Origin: Octopus sinensis
Lineage: Eukaryota
Assembly (NCBI RefSeq): GCF_006345805.1
Contig: NC_043006.1
Location: 100,006,001-100,070,000, forward strand
DNA length: 64,000 bases
Direction: 5' to 3'
Positions within the stretch are counted from its first letter, which is position 1, and every line of letters begins with the position of its first letter. Shown piece by piece: positions 26,510 to 41,949 of the stretch. The notes beneath the pieces are model-generated. The model was not told the origin of the DNA and did no database searches. It saw only the letters and a program-made list of their open reading frames with translations. A program made the translations under genes and the position numbers.

Positions 26510-29500
26510 ATAATCAAAATAAGCAACAAGAATAACTTCGGTAATTTGGTACGATCGTTTCGCACAACATCATTTTATTAAATGTTGTAAGTATTACAAC
26601 AGTTTTAAAATGCTGAGCACTCATCAGCCATTAATAGAGGTTTTCCATTAATACATAATTTTCATATCAAGTGATAACATTATAGAGAAGGTAGATATAT
26701 AGACAAAGATGTGGATTTAAAATTTAAGAACATTTGAGGTAGTGGAACTTAACAACTGACTGACTAAAATTAATTTGCTCCGAACTACTGTAAGATTCTG
26801 AGAGGAATGTACAAGTGAAAGGATACGACAAAGATTTTCTATTTATAGAAATAGGGGTGAAAGAGATGTCAAAGTTCAACATAAAGAAATTTATGTAGAA
26901 AGAAAAGGATTGTCACATTACAATGCCAATTACTACTATTTGGTAAACAGATTTGGCATTAGGAAAACTAGGTCAATGTCAAATGGTTATAATGACACTC
27001 ATAGAGATTGCAGAGATTTTATAAAACTAAGGAGAAATTATAGACCTAAAATTTATTCAATTTGGAGAAAAGTCTATCACTTATTATGAGTAGTTATAAC
27101 ACTTATTAAATGGGGAAAAAATCTTATTAGTCAAGTGAATATATTAGGGGTCCAAAATATATACTAGGAAAAATGGAAGAGGAGAAATCAAAGAAGAAAG
27201 GTATTCGTAGGTTTAGTAGAAGGTGATTTAATAATATGAAGAGAGGTAATTTAGAAGAGTAAATTATTCAGATTTCATAGATAGTAAGTTGTTATTAATG
27301 AATTAAAATATAGGATCTGTTGGAAATAATATTTACTAACCGCGGAGAAAAGTTAATTAGATAGGTAAAAATATCTTTGGTTAATTATATATTAAGAAAT
27401 GGAAGTGAGATAATCAAGGTGAAACGAATAGTTTCCTTAGGGACATAGGATTTATACTATTTAGTATTGGAGAATATTAGAAAAAGAATAATTTAATTCT
27501 GAGTTTGCAATGTAGTTTTTTTTTATTTATCTATGTGTGTTGAATTAAAAGCCAGTATGGTATATTTATTCTTATTTTGGACCAGACAGTGGCTAGATAC
27601 TAATAATAATAATGGTAATAATTATAATAATAATAATAATAGAAATAATGATGATGATAATAATAATAACAGTAATAACAACATTAATACAAATAGTGAT
27701 AATAACAACATCAATAATATAGGTAGTATAGATAAAAGTATAGTAGGTGATGAAAATGAGGATGGATTAATAACTAGTAACCCCAGTTTGCATAACAATG
27801 TAACTACTATTAGAGAAAATAACACTAATACTAATAACAACTCAAATAACAGTAATGAAAAGGAACTGTCCTTAAATAATACGAGTATGGAAATTATCCC
27901 CCCCAGTGGTAATTGTAGGATCAGTTCGAAATGTCCGGTATCTGGCCGTTGTCTGGTCCAAAACGTGATTTATAAACGTACGATAATAACTTCAAACAAC
28001 AACTATCTTTATTTCAGTTGTTCGGTAGATTAAAAAAAAACTTTAAACAATCATTTTTCCTCCTTTAGGCTCAAACACAAAGCAGGTTGCACAACATTGT
28101 CTAGTTAAATTTGGGAACTAAAAACAAATAATATAGAATTCAACCTGAAATGGGATACAGTAACAAAAGCACGGCCTTATAAAAATAGTAGGAATGGTTG
28201 TCAACTTTGCTGTATAGAAACATATGAAATTTTAAAACATCAGAATAATACAAATCTGTTAAATAACCGTTCGAAGCTAGGAGGATCTTGTATACATCGT
28301 ACAACTCGTACGTTTAAATATTTTAAATAATGATATTGTGAATATTCCTAAATTTTTCAAATTTTTTATTTCTTTATAACCAAATAAGAACGAATATACC
28401 ATACCAGTTTTTAATTCAACATGCATACATTACTAAAAAACTACATTGCAAACTCAGAATTAAATTATTCTTTTTCTAATATTCTCCAATACTAAATAGT
28501 ATAAATCCTATGTCCCTAAGGAAACTATTCGGTTCACCTTGATTATCTCACTTCCATTTCTTAATATATAATTAACCAAATATATTTTTACCTAACTAAT
28601 TAACCTATCTCCGCGGGTAGTAAATATTATTTCCAACAGATCCTATATTTTAATTCATTAATAACAACTTACTATCTATGAAATCTGAATAATTTACTCT
28701 TCTAAATTACCTCTCCTCATATTATTAAATCACCTTCTACTAAATCTACGAATACCTTTCTTCTTTAATTTCTTCTCTTTCATTTTACCTAGTATATATT
28801 TTGAACCCCTAATATATTCATTTGATTAATAAAATGTTTCCCTATTTAATAAGTATTATGTCTACTCATAATAAGTAATATACTTTCTCTAAATTGAATA
28901 AATTTTAGATCTATAATTTCTCCTTAGTTTTATAAAATCTCTGCATTCTCTATGAGTGTCATTATAACCATTTGACATTGGCCTAATTTTCCTAATGCCA
29001 AATCTGTTTACCAAATAGTAGTAATTGGCATTGTAATGTGACAATCCTTTTCTTTCTACATAAATTTCTTTATGTTGAACTTTGACATCTCTTTCACCCC
29101 TATTTCTATAAATAGAAAATCTTTGTCGTATCCTTTCACTTGTACATTCCTCTCAGAATCTTACAGTAGTTCGGAGCAAATTAATTTTAGTCAGTCAGTT
29201 GTTAAGTTCCACTACCTCAAATGTTCTTAAAATTTAAATCCACATCTTTGTCTATATATCTACCTTCTCTATAAAGTTATCACTTGATATGAAAATTATG
29301 TATTAATGGAAAACCTCTATTAATGGCTGATGAGTGCTCAGCATTTTAAAACAGTTGTAATACATACAACATTTAATAAAATGATGTAGCATGAAACGAT
29401 CGTACCAAATTACCGAAGTTTTTCTTGGTGCTTATTTTGATTATAATCACCCGATGAATTTATATGGATAACACCATACGGAATTCTGGTGCATCTAACT

Positions 29501-29539
29501 TAAGTACTATATTCATTTGAATCTAAATTTTGCTGAATT

Positions 29540-29540
<1 letters not shown>
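26510..29540 (+). mobile_element. Naiad-type PLE 3' end with ~1.07-kb inverted pLTRs (26510-27580 / 28380-29444)
   Basis: Long reverse-complement arms; spacer holds Asn-rich linker + GIY-YIG relic (27905-28330: NCRISSKCPVSGRCL...IWELK...KW...ARPY...CQLC...LNNRS...CIH); conserved tail; inserted in (TA)n. Confidence 0.9.
29322..29410 (+). ncRNA. Type I hammerhead motif with extended stem II (antisense copy 26545-26635)
   Basis: TGG-CTGATGA-GTGCT...AGCAT-GAAAC-GATC-GTA-CCA. Confidence 0.8.
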
Positions 29541-29599
<59 letters not shown>

Positions 29600-30277
29600 G
29601 TACACCCCTATACACATTTAAATGCATGAAGATATACAAAGAGCCAGATATTTGATGCAGACACCGTGTCGAACCGATGCTCAGGCTCACTCACTCTTAT
29701 ATGCACACGTACGCATGCATTTGTATATATGCGCGTATGCATAAGTGTGTGCTTGCGTGCGTTCGTGCGTGTGTGTGTGTATGTGTATGTGTGTGTGGCG
29801 GGGATGCGCATGTATACGGCACGAAGAAAAGTTATTGAGTAGTGTCGGCTCGCGAAACACGCTAACAATAATTTTAAATGACGTGAAGAAATGGAAAACG
29901 AAAATACTAGAGAATTCAAATTAAAAAGAAATAAAAAAAAATCTATCAATATATATATATAAAGATTGTGGAATAACTAAATGAATAAAATTACAATGAA
30001 TATTTATCAGGAACTGAAGAAAAAAAAATTAATCATAAATGAAAAATACAAAATAAAAGACCGATAGACAAGATTGGAGAAAAATGGAATTATTTTGTAA
30101 ATTTATAGAGACTTATTGTATTGAAGAATCTGTCTTCCCCCTTATCTATTTTCTATTTTTCTTTACTTTATTATTCTTTTTGTTATTTTTCAGGTTATCA
30201 AATGGAAATTAAAAATTTCAGGACAATGTATTTTAATATCTATATACTTATGTTGTTCTTTTTTTCATTTTTAAGTA

Positions 30278-30343
<66 letters not shown>

Positions 30344-32041
30344 TATATATTCATATATTTTTGTCTACGCTTGTTAATAGTTTTACTTGTTTCTCAGGAA
30401 TCTGTTATTAAAATTTTGTCGCTCTTCCTTTTATTATATTATCATGGTTGCTGCTGTTCTCGTTAAGCCTCATACTGGAAATTAACAGGGAAAGCTATAA
30501 ACAGAGTCCCTCCAACCGTGAACATCCTAAGTTATGTCAGACAATGTATGTTTATTTTGAGGAGTGCGTTATCCATTGTATAATGTCATGGGTTGTGCGT
30601 GGGTAAACTAGCGTTTGCTATTTTTGGCAGACTGGGAGATCACGAAGAGGTTCTTTTGTTCTCAAGATAACATTACTATTTTAATCTCTTAGTTTTTTTT
30701 GTTATTGCTATTTTTAGTGTCATTTAGTTCGTCTTGTCATCGCAAGTTAAAATTCCACCGAGTCTGTGATAACGTGTTCCATTTAAGGACTAGAGTTCAT
30801 GTAATCGATTTCCCATTCAAATACAGACACTGCAGCCATGTGCCAGAATGTTAATCAATCATTATTACTATCAGAATATATTGGGAAATGGATGGAACAT
30901 CGGGGCAAATGCTTTTGCAGTATGCATTGCGGCTCTTTTGCAGTATGCATTCCGGCTTCCGGTTCTGAACCAGAATGTCTCCAACGTCAACTTTACCTTT
31001 CAGCTTTCAAACTGGATAATTATCAATTCAAATATCGTGATCAATGGCATATATTCTGAATTCAAATTTGAACGAGGTCATTTTACATTCCTTCTCGCTG
31101 GGTGGTTGATGTAAGTGACTATCACCCGCCATCAAATTTCCTGTCCTTTTGCCAAGATTAGAAAGTATTTCGGCAATCATTTAATAATCTTATTTTTGCT
31201 GCATGCATTCACTAAACTTCTCAGCGCCTAGGACATCTGCTGTGCCTTATTTTCGTGTTGTCATTTGTGTATTGAGTATATTTGTGTTAAAGGTCTTGTA
31301 TGTAAGAAGTGTGTTGTGCGTAGTAGTACTATGTTTTTCTATATATATAATCGTCAGTCCTGGGGTTTAGGTACTTTGTCAGAATATAGGCGCCATTTTC
31401 TTTTTGGTCTCTACGTAACATGCTGCAACAAATGTAGCTCATTCATTTCGGATTATTTTTGGATTGATGACCACTGATTCCCATAAATCATCTCCTGGAT
31501 ATCATAGTTTTCATTGAGAGCAGTCAGTAAATAAAACGGCGAAAAACTTCTTTGTGAAATCAGCATTTTAAATCAGCGAGCTAAATTATTCTCAGTGATA
31601 CCACTTGTTGTGCAGTCCATTGGACTAAATTTGGAATATCAAAGTACATGACCCCATAACATATGCAATGAGTAAGTCTGCTGTCGTCGTTAGAGATATT
31701 AAACGATACGCATTTAAAATTGATATGAATTTGAAGACGTGATTCCTAAGCGTAAAATACAGACGATCTGGTCCAGCTGGATTTCAGCATTTAGCCAAGA
31801 GCTTAGAATTATTGTTTTTACTCTATATTTAATGTTAGTTTTCTTGTAAGTGTTTTTTACAATGTTAGTATTAATTAGAGTAATAGAACCGCATTCGTTT
31901 CGTATACTGTCGTTGTTTTTCGGCTAGGAAATGTACTTCACGTGCTTTTATATACGCCACAGGACTATTTAAATAACTTACAAAGAAATTCACATGTCAC
32001 CAAAACAAGGTTTTCCACTGAGATTTCTTAAACCAGAAATG

Positions 32042-32129
<88 letters not shown>

Positions 32130-32280
32130 GACGTGCCTTTTTCGGTTTCGTGAAACCAAGTTACTCCCATGGTCATGTTCAACCCGAGGCTATAGTAGAA
32201 ACCATTTGCTCAAGTTAACACGCAGTGGTACTGGAGCCAGATACATGTGGTTGGAAAGCAAGCTTCTTACAACGCAAGCA
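32130..32280 (-). mobile_element. SINE family B 5' fragment
   Basis: Reverse complement of the head (CCAACCACATG...CTATAGCCTCGGG). Confidence 0.65.
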
Positions 32281-32460
32281 TGAAAATCAAATGGAAAAAA
32301 AAAATAATAAAAAAATAGATTTATGCTACGAATCAAATAATTATCGGTAATGGAAAATGTGAACGTAAAACAAATTTCCTGGACGAGGATAATGAGATCT
32401 CCAGTCAGTATGCCGAAAAGTTACAATAATAAGAATAGTCAGATAATGGATAACGATATA

Positions 32461-32692
32461 TATTTCTTTTCTATCAACAAGGGGCTTAAACACAGAGAGA
32501 ACAAACAAGGACAGATAAAGGGATTAAGTCGATTACATCGACCCCAGTGCGAAACTGGTACTTTAATTATCGACCCCGAAAGGATGAAAGGCAAAGTCGA
32601 CCTCGGCGGAATTTGAACTCAGAACGTAACGACAGACGAAATACCGCTAAGCATTTCGCCCGCCGCGCTAACGTTTCTGCCATTTCGCCATT
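32461..32692 (-). mobile_element. SINE family A with 17-bp TSD
   Basis: TAATGGATAACGATATA at 32444-32460 and 32693-32709. Confidence 0.92.
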
Positions 32693-32764
32693 TAATGGAT
32701 AACGATATAAGTTTAAGGCAACCCCATACTAACGTAGTAATATATGCTTTTAGAAAGCATCTAA

Positions 32765-32955
32765 TACGAGGTGGTGCTTCAAAGTTCCTGGCTTTAAGAG
32801 TATCGCGATAGGCCTTGTTGGAGGCCCAACATTCTGAGTTCGTTTACACCCCTTAGAAAACTGAAGGACCGTTGCAATAATTGTGTGAATCTGGGAGGGA
32901 AATAAGTTGAATAAAATCATAATTAACTGTTCCTCTTGTATTTTACTTTACCCAA
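32765..32955 (+). mobile_element. Short mariner-derived non-autonomous element
   Basis: TACGAGG.. mariner-type TIR start, then a transposase C-terminus-like stretch (..KDRCNNCVNLGGK*VE*). Confidence 0.55.
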
Positions 32956-34330
32956 AAACATAAATTTGCGGCTGTAACAAAAAAAAATCAAGCATTAAAT
33001 TTTGTGTTTGCTGCGTAGCTTAAGTTTAGTGTTCATCGGGAATAGCACACTCATGATAATGCGATTCTCAAGCCAATTCCAAAACCAGATATCCCGTTAT
33101 GATCTTGAGCAAGGCACTTCAGGCCACTCAGCTGTAAAAGCGTACCAGCTAGTGAATGTCTTGTTCCCTCCAACTGTAAAATACCAGATGTACACTTGGT
33201 TGAGTGTGAGGAAGCCCGAAATATTCCTTATATCTGCTCAAGATTATAAAAGCTTAACAGATAGCAAAAGCATTTTTCCTATTACCAAATCATATTCAAT
33301 CAACTGCTTATTAATGACTGAGTAACGACTGATTATTAAATCTATTAAATCTATTAAATCTATAAAATTCTACATAACTCTATATACATTTTACATTGTT
33401 GCTTTAAATGTGTTTCTATTGGCCGTTCTTTAATTTAAAAAATCTAATTTCTAAGAACAGTCATATAGAAACTGAACATCAGGGTTTGTATTAAGCGATA
33501 CATATATTACCGTAAACATTTCCTTTGCATGAAACCTTCTATAGGGTTCGACACAATAATCACATCCAATCTATTAGTGGCGAATGGATTTAGTAGTTCA
33601 TTGGAAACTGATAAAATCTTGTCAATAGCGACACGAAATACAAAAGTTGTTTCCAACATATGAACGTATCAGGAGAATATAGGAATGAAATATTGCCTAT
33701 ATTAGTGCAGTTATTAAAACGCCTGTCAACTTCATTACAAAGTATTTGTGAATACATTGGCAATTGAAACAGCAAAATAAAAATAATATCATCAAGAACA
33801 ACTTGTACAATGATACTGGAATATATGCGTACAAACACACACGCACACTTGTATGATTGACGCAACATCGTAGTCAAGAAACGATTGGATCAAATAAAAT
33901 TACACTCACGTACGCCCATGCCTACAAACACACGTACCTGTCATCAGAATAGAATGCGATTAACGGAAATGCTTAAAGCTGTATAATCATCACGAAGAAC
34001 GCAGGAGAAATAACTGAAAACATCACTAACAATTACGCTTCCCTCACAAAAGATATGAGTAGAAAACACTACAACATATAGAAATAAACTGAAAATATTT
34101 TCTGATGTCTTGTAGGGAAGTCTGTGTTGAGAAAGGAAATGAGAATTTTACCAAGATGAGGTTCGTAAAGATTTTTAATGCGACCTATTATTACCTGTAA
34201 CAGGAACGTATCACATAAGGTGAAGTTCATTTGTACCAATGGTATTATTTTGATATCTCGTGATATTGGAATGATTTTTAAGCGGTACAGGATACGCATA
34301 CACACACACACTCACTCACTCTTATATATA

Positions 34331-34906
34331 TAAAATTGAATAAAATAGAGCCAAGAAGGAGTACGGTTAGACAGCTATTTAATAAACACTACACGTTTCG
34401 TTACATGGATCCACATGTACACAGGGTTTAATGTAAGCAACGGTTTACCTGTATAACAGGATCTAGTTGCATCTCCTTAGGAGATATACAGTTGCTGTCC
34501 TGTCAGTAAACCTTTGACTTCGATACTAATTAATCCAACAGGCTCGTTTGAATCTAGTTGTCTTTCCCTTGGTTATTGATGGCGGATGATGGGAATTGAC
34601 ATTTATGCATCTTAAGAACTCATTAGTCTTGTGGTATATTATATATATATATATATATATATTGATAGAAATGGTAAGACAACAAAAGAATGAAAGAGAC
34701 CTCGAGGAATAAATAGAGGAAATTATCTGCATAATATGTGACAAGTATTAGGTAGCCATGATAGAACTCCGAGTTCCGCCCCGACGTCCGAAACTCGGAG
34801 TTTTATCATATATACTGAATAATTGTCACTTATTATATTTACACACACACAAACACACACACACACACACACACACATATTTTTACATATTATATTTACA
34901 CACACA

Positions 34907-34957
<51 letters not shown>

Positions 34958-35186
34958 ATAGCAATAAGAAAATGGAGGGGGTCAATAGGTGGTTCATCAA
35001 CTTTTAGACATTATATCATGTTAACTTATTTATTTATTTACTAAACTGATAATTACAATAATATACATACATATAACATATTGTTCTTTACATATAAGAT
35101 ATAAAATATTAATATATAAGGATGCCAGTAATTATTATAAAATAACAAACATGAATATATGTTGGGATATACGTATATATATATAT

Positions 35187-35236
<50 letters not shown>

Positions 35237-35272
35237 GCACACATACATACACACATACATACACACACACAC

Positions 35273-35371
<99 letters not shown>

Positions 35372-36340
35372 ATATATATATGTATAAGGATCAAAAGGAA
35401 CACGCGAGTTGATATATATGGAAAAAGTCAAGATAGAAAATGTTAAAAGAATTTTATAAAAAACATTTCAGTACCGGTTTCAGTCATTGAGACTTTTTCC
35501 ACTGTAACAATTAAATAATTAAAATTAGAAAAATTAAAAGAAATTTTTTTTCAAAAGAATATTTGTATAGTGTTCAAATACAAGTGGCATTTTCCTTGTT
35601 TCTGCCTGTCTCTGTCTCACCTGTTTACTCTTGTGGGTTCGAGGTCCTTGTAAACTCTTGGTAGGGAAGAAGAAGAAGAAGAAGAAAAAAGGAAGGAGGA
35701 GAAGAGGAAGAATTATAATAATTTGGGAGTGTCATGATAGTAGTATTTTGAATGGTATTGGTTGTGTATGGGTATGTCCATAGATGTAGTTGTGTGTATA
35801 TGTCTGTATGGGTGATTATATGTGCCTGTGGGTATCTCTGAATGTATTTGCGAAATAATAAAATTTAGAATGTACAAGCTAACATGTGAAAGAAAGTGAA
35901 CAGCCACTGCATCAATGCCGAGAATGCCGAGCGTGCAGATGCACGTTGACAGCGACCGGAATGAACTGCCAGAATCTACTAGATTCAAATGAACCTGTTG
36001 GATGTGATGGCATCGACGTCTAAGCTTTAGTAACCGGGCAGCAATTGTATATCACCTGAGAAGATACAACTGGATCTCATTATACAGGTAAACCGTTCCT
36101 TACTTCAAGTCCTGAGTATATGTGGATCCATGCTGTAACGAAATGTGTAGTGTTTATTAAATAGCTGCCTCACCGTACGTACTCCTTCTTGACTCTATTT
36201 TATTCAATTTTATTTTCACACAAGACGAAAGCTTAAACCTAAACTTGTAAGTGTACTTTAATACCACCGGCTATTTGGTAATTCTAAGGGTGAATGCGTT
36301 CTATTTTGTACTCTACTCCGTTCCTAAATGTATTTATTTA
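34331..36340 (+). mobile_element. PLE-type inverted repeat (34331-34558 / 35978-36212) with degenerate long-stem-II HHR; spacer filled by nested repeats
   Basis: Arms align in reverse complement; CAC-CTGAGAA...TGTAAC-GAAAT-GT-GTA-GTG (right) vs CTAAGGA...GAAAC-GT-GTA-GTG (left). Confidence 0.7.
35469..35504 (-). ncRNA. Variant minimal hammerhead motif
   Basis: CAG-TGGAAAA-AGTC-tcaat-GACT-GAAAC-CG-GTA-CTG. Confidence 0.5.
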
Positions 36341-36362
36341 TATATATCTTCGATATACACCA

Positions 36363-36806
<444 letters not shown>

Positions 36807-36876
36807 CATACACACACACATACATACATACATACATACATACATACATACAAACATACATACATAGATAATGGTC

Positions 36877-37593
<717 letters not shown>

Positions 37594-38525
37594 CTGTGTG
37601 TATGTATATATATATGTATTTATATATATGTGTGTATATAGTGTGTATATACCTTGGTCGGCCTATGAACTTTTCAGCCAATCCTCGTATGCACACACAC
37701 ACACATGCACACACATGCACATACATACACACACAACACACACACACATTTAATCCACCACCCGGTTCAACACCATCACTTGACAACATGGGTGACATTA
37801 GGAGAGTAAAAATCGATGCAGATATTGTAGTGAGTCTTCTGAATTTGAGAACAGTCCTACTATTCACCTATTTCGGAGGCCCAATAATACGGCATAGGAG
37901 GGGAGTCAGTGCTTTGACAACAGATGAGACAAAAATGTTTTACTTCTTTTCTCTTCTAGCCAACGCATTCTCCCTCGTCTATTCACATTTTTGGTATATT
38001 CTTATAAATTCATTACTTCTGTTTTCTGTTGCTTAATATATATTTTTTTTAGTTGCTAGGATTTTTCAATCTCTGCAATTCAGCCATTTGTATCGTTCAC
38101 GCTATAATTTATGTTTCCAAAGCTAAAGTATTGAAAGGAAATAACAAATAACTGTTACGAGTTCATCCGTTTGTATTACACCCACTCAGGATGCACAGTA
38201 GGAAATCTTATTTTCCCAAACACAGAATCGTTTCTCAACTCAAATCATATTAGTAATGCTTAAATGATTCAGCTCAATACGCGTATATAAATACGCGTAT
38301 ATAAACACGTGGATGCACAAAAAATGTCTACATCATGTGTGTGTGTTTGTGTGTGTGTGTGTGCATAAATACATACATACTCTTTAATTAATGTTATTTT
38401 AATAGCAAGTATAATTATCAATCTTACTTTCCTAAACATCTTAACACATCTTTTGTTTCTAAGTAGTTCGTTTTTTGTATATATATATGTATATATAAAT
38501 ATACATATATATATATATTATATAT

Positions 38526-38608
<83 letters not shown>

Positions 38609-39055
38609 ATGTATGTATGTATGTATATTTCTTCGCAGATTAATGCTATTTGGTTTATAATTACCTATAGTTCCAAAATTCTTCAGAATTATATTTAATT
38701 TGTAAAAGATATTAGAAGTTCATTTACTAAGTAATTATGTGATTGCCTTGGGTCGTTTCAGCGTTAGGAATTAATATTCATTTATTAAATTTCATTGATT
38801 TGTACGAATGAACCGGAGGCTATGTTATTACTTTCCCCAATCTATGATTGAATCTCACAAAACATTAAGCTGTACGGGGTGTATTGCATACTCTCTTACT
38901 CTCTCTCTCAGGCTTTCTCTCTCCCTCGCTCTGCACACACACATACATACAAACATACATGTGTATATATATATATATATATATATATGAATATATCGAT
39001 GTGTATTGATATACATACACATATACATATACATCTCTCTCTCTCTTCTCTCTCT

Positions 39056-39106
<51 letters not shown>

Positions 39107-39235
39107 ATATATATATACATTTGTACATAGATATATATATATATGCACGTATATATATATATATACATATATACATGTATACATACATATATATATGTAT
39201 CTCTCTCTGTCTCTCTCTTTCTCACTCTCTCTCTC

Positions 39236-39302
<67 letters not shown>

Positions 39303-40809
39303 ATATACACACATATATATATATAGAGATATACGTGTACATACATACATATTATACACACGTACATACATACACACATGTATGCAGTTATATTGAGAGT
39401 CATGAGTACTTGTAAACTGGTAATAATACGTTCTGTCCCGTCAAGTATGCATATGTAAGGGACTTAATTTGTAATAGCAGCCTGCGTTCTTTGAATCTTG
39501 TATTTATTCTTATAAGTGTTATATTCAAATATTCATGCACATCCGAATGTCTGTAATATGTCTGAGAATATCATTAACCAGTTTAATTTTATGAGTAATG
39601 CTATTTACGCTATTTATAATTTCTATATCTCAAACTGATTATATTGATAATCTTCGACATATACTTGAGAATTGGCATCGCGAACGCAATTACACCTGTG
39701 CATGCAGTAATTATATATACGTACGTCATTAGTGCAGGTGTGATTCTCATACCTTTGTAATTCTTTTGTATAAAAGGCAATACCACTGAATACCTAACAT
39801 CAGATTTCATTGTAGTACAATACAATGTAAGTTGATGTATACATTAAATGTATTGTTATCGCTTTGCGACATTTTTGAGTAAATCACACTTCAAGTGTAT
39901 TATGACGAAAATACACTTTCACCGTGGAAATCCGTTTTGCTTTGCGCAAATTTTGAGAAAGATAAGCTAAGTCATCTGTGGGATTTATCATCTTTTGTAT
40001 GTTGGTGTGGACTTTTCATTACATGCGTTCATATACCTATTTATCTGTTTAGCTCTCTATCTGCAATATGTGTATGTGACTTGCTGGCTGTCACTCAACC
40101 ACGTAACTAGCTTCCGTCCTCCACTTCATCAATTCGCTTACCATATATTTCAAATTATGTTGTAACACTTTATATTATATATATATATATATATATAAAC
40201 AAGTACAAGAAATACAGAGAAGCTCAACTCAGGCAGACTACGATTTGTGTATACATATACGGATTCATAGTGATAGAATTGTCTAAATTGTATATTAATA
40301 CGTTCAGAATATAAAGATATAGAAATATAAGAATATATATGAACGTTAAAAATATGCAAGGATAAATAAATATATAGATATACAAATATAATAGAGTATA
40401 GACAAAAATGTAGATAAGAATAATGAAATATAGTCTTACATTTCTTTTAAAAATTCGAAATAAATTATGGAGTGGAGGGAGTAATAGATGTTTAAAAAGA
40501 GTTTTTGGTACCATATTTAAAGGAAATTAAGTATTCCGACGATCGTTTCTAGAGTTCATTCAAAGACTACTCGTGAATCTTACGATTCACTTCTAAGGAA
40601 TGACCACATCATCAGTGAGCAGAAAAGAATAGTGTTTGCGCTAGAACTGTATTAAATGAGTACATGTGATTCTTACGATACACTTCCAAGTCATGTCCCC
40701 AACATCTTTCCGAGCGTCAAACTGATACGCCTGCTTGTTGCTTATACACCTTTCTTCGTCTTTTATTTTTCTCTAAATTTCAACTATTTATATATATTGT
40801 TGTTGGTAA

Positions 40810-41026
40810 AACATGTTCTTTGTCTATATCCTTATCCTCTTGGAGATTTTAGGTAAATTTATACTAATGTGTTCTTCTAATTTAATTAAATTCTATGTCT
40901 TTGTGCAGCTGAAGATTGCTCAACATTTTATATTGATGTAATGAAACGATTGCATGGTTCAATAAAATGGTGTCGCATGAGACCATCGTACTGCATTACC
41001 TCTGGATATCCTTGTTGCTTATTTTG

Positions 41027-41030
<4 letters not shown>
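40810..41030 (+). mobile_element. PLE pLTR fragment with hammerhead relic
   Basis: GTGCAG-CTGAAGA-TTGC...GCAT-GAGAC-CATC-GTA-CTGCAT; same family as 4870-5717. Confidence 0.7.
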
Positions 41031-41076
<46 letters not shown>

Positions 41077-41289
41077 ATGTGTGTGTGTGTATGTATGTAT
41101 GTATGTATATATATAAGCATATGAGGTACATATGAGACGGAGGTAGTTATAACTGTCGTAGATTATTTTTTTGTAGCATATCATTACTATACGCCTAATA
41201 AGCTTACTTGATAACTTTTATCATTCCGGACTTATGAGACGGCCGCCACAACTTTTTCAACGCACCATACAAAAACATTTTTTGTCAAA

Positions 41290-41700
41290 GCGGTATAGTT
41301 TACACATTGAAGTCGGAACGTGAACACAATATGGAAATTCGCTATGCAACTAAAGTTTGCGTTAAACTGAGCAAAAACACTACACACTGACTATAGATTA
41401 ACTTACATGATCGAACACCTCTTTTTAGCTGCTGCGAGGGATTAATATTCCAGGATGATCGAAAGGATGTGAGAGACGATGAAAGGTGTAGAAAGGAAAG
41501 GGCTATCAGAAGATCACAAGCGATTGGAAATATTTTCAATTTTCTGGATGATGGTTGTCGTCTGTCTATAAAGTCAATAGGCATAGAGTTGGGGGTTGGC
41601 GTGTCAACTCTACACTGAATTATTCATGATGATGCATTGGTGACAGCAGAGTGATTGTTGAGCTCATTACCTCCAATCCAAATGTACTTGAGCATTTGGT
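41290..41700 (+). pseudogene. Mariner transposase N-terminal fragment
   Basis: MEIRYATKVCVKLSK...FQDDRKDVRDDERCR...DDGCRLSIKSI.IELG. Confidence 0.65.
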
Positions 41701-41949
41701 TACCTGTGACAAAATCTGAATCTACTGTTTTGATCCATAGGCCGAGAAAGAGCATCCCACTTCCCTCAGAGGAGAAAAGGCCAGGCAAAGCTTGCCCATT
41801 GGGAAGTGCATCATAATTGTCTTTTTGATAGCAAGGGCTTCACCCTCACACATTTGCTTATATGTGGAGATTTTAAGTGAGTTCAAGAAGAGACTTCGTT
41901 GCAAAACCTCAAATCTCTTCCAATCGGGTTAGTGAAACCTGCACCAGAA

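Noticed and set aside
26970-27005. SECIS-like ATGA...TGA hairpin in the Naiad-type pLTR (minus strand; counterpart ~28950-28985)
   Set aside because: Upper stem too short and out of register for a canonical SECIS, the second GA is absent in the other arm, and no in-frame TGA at Cys positions was seen
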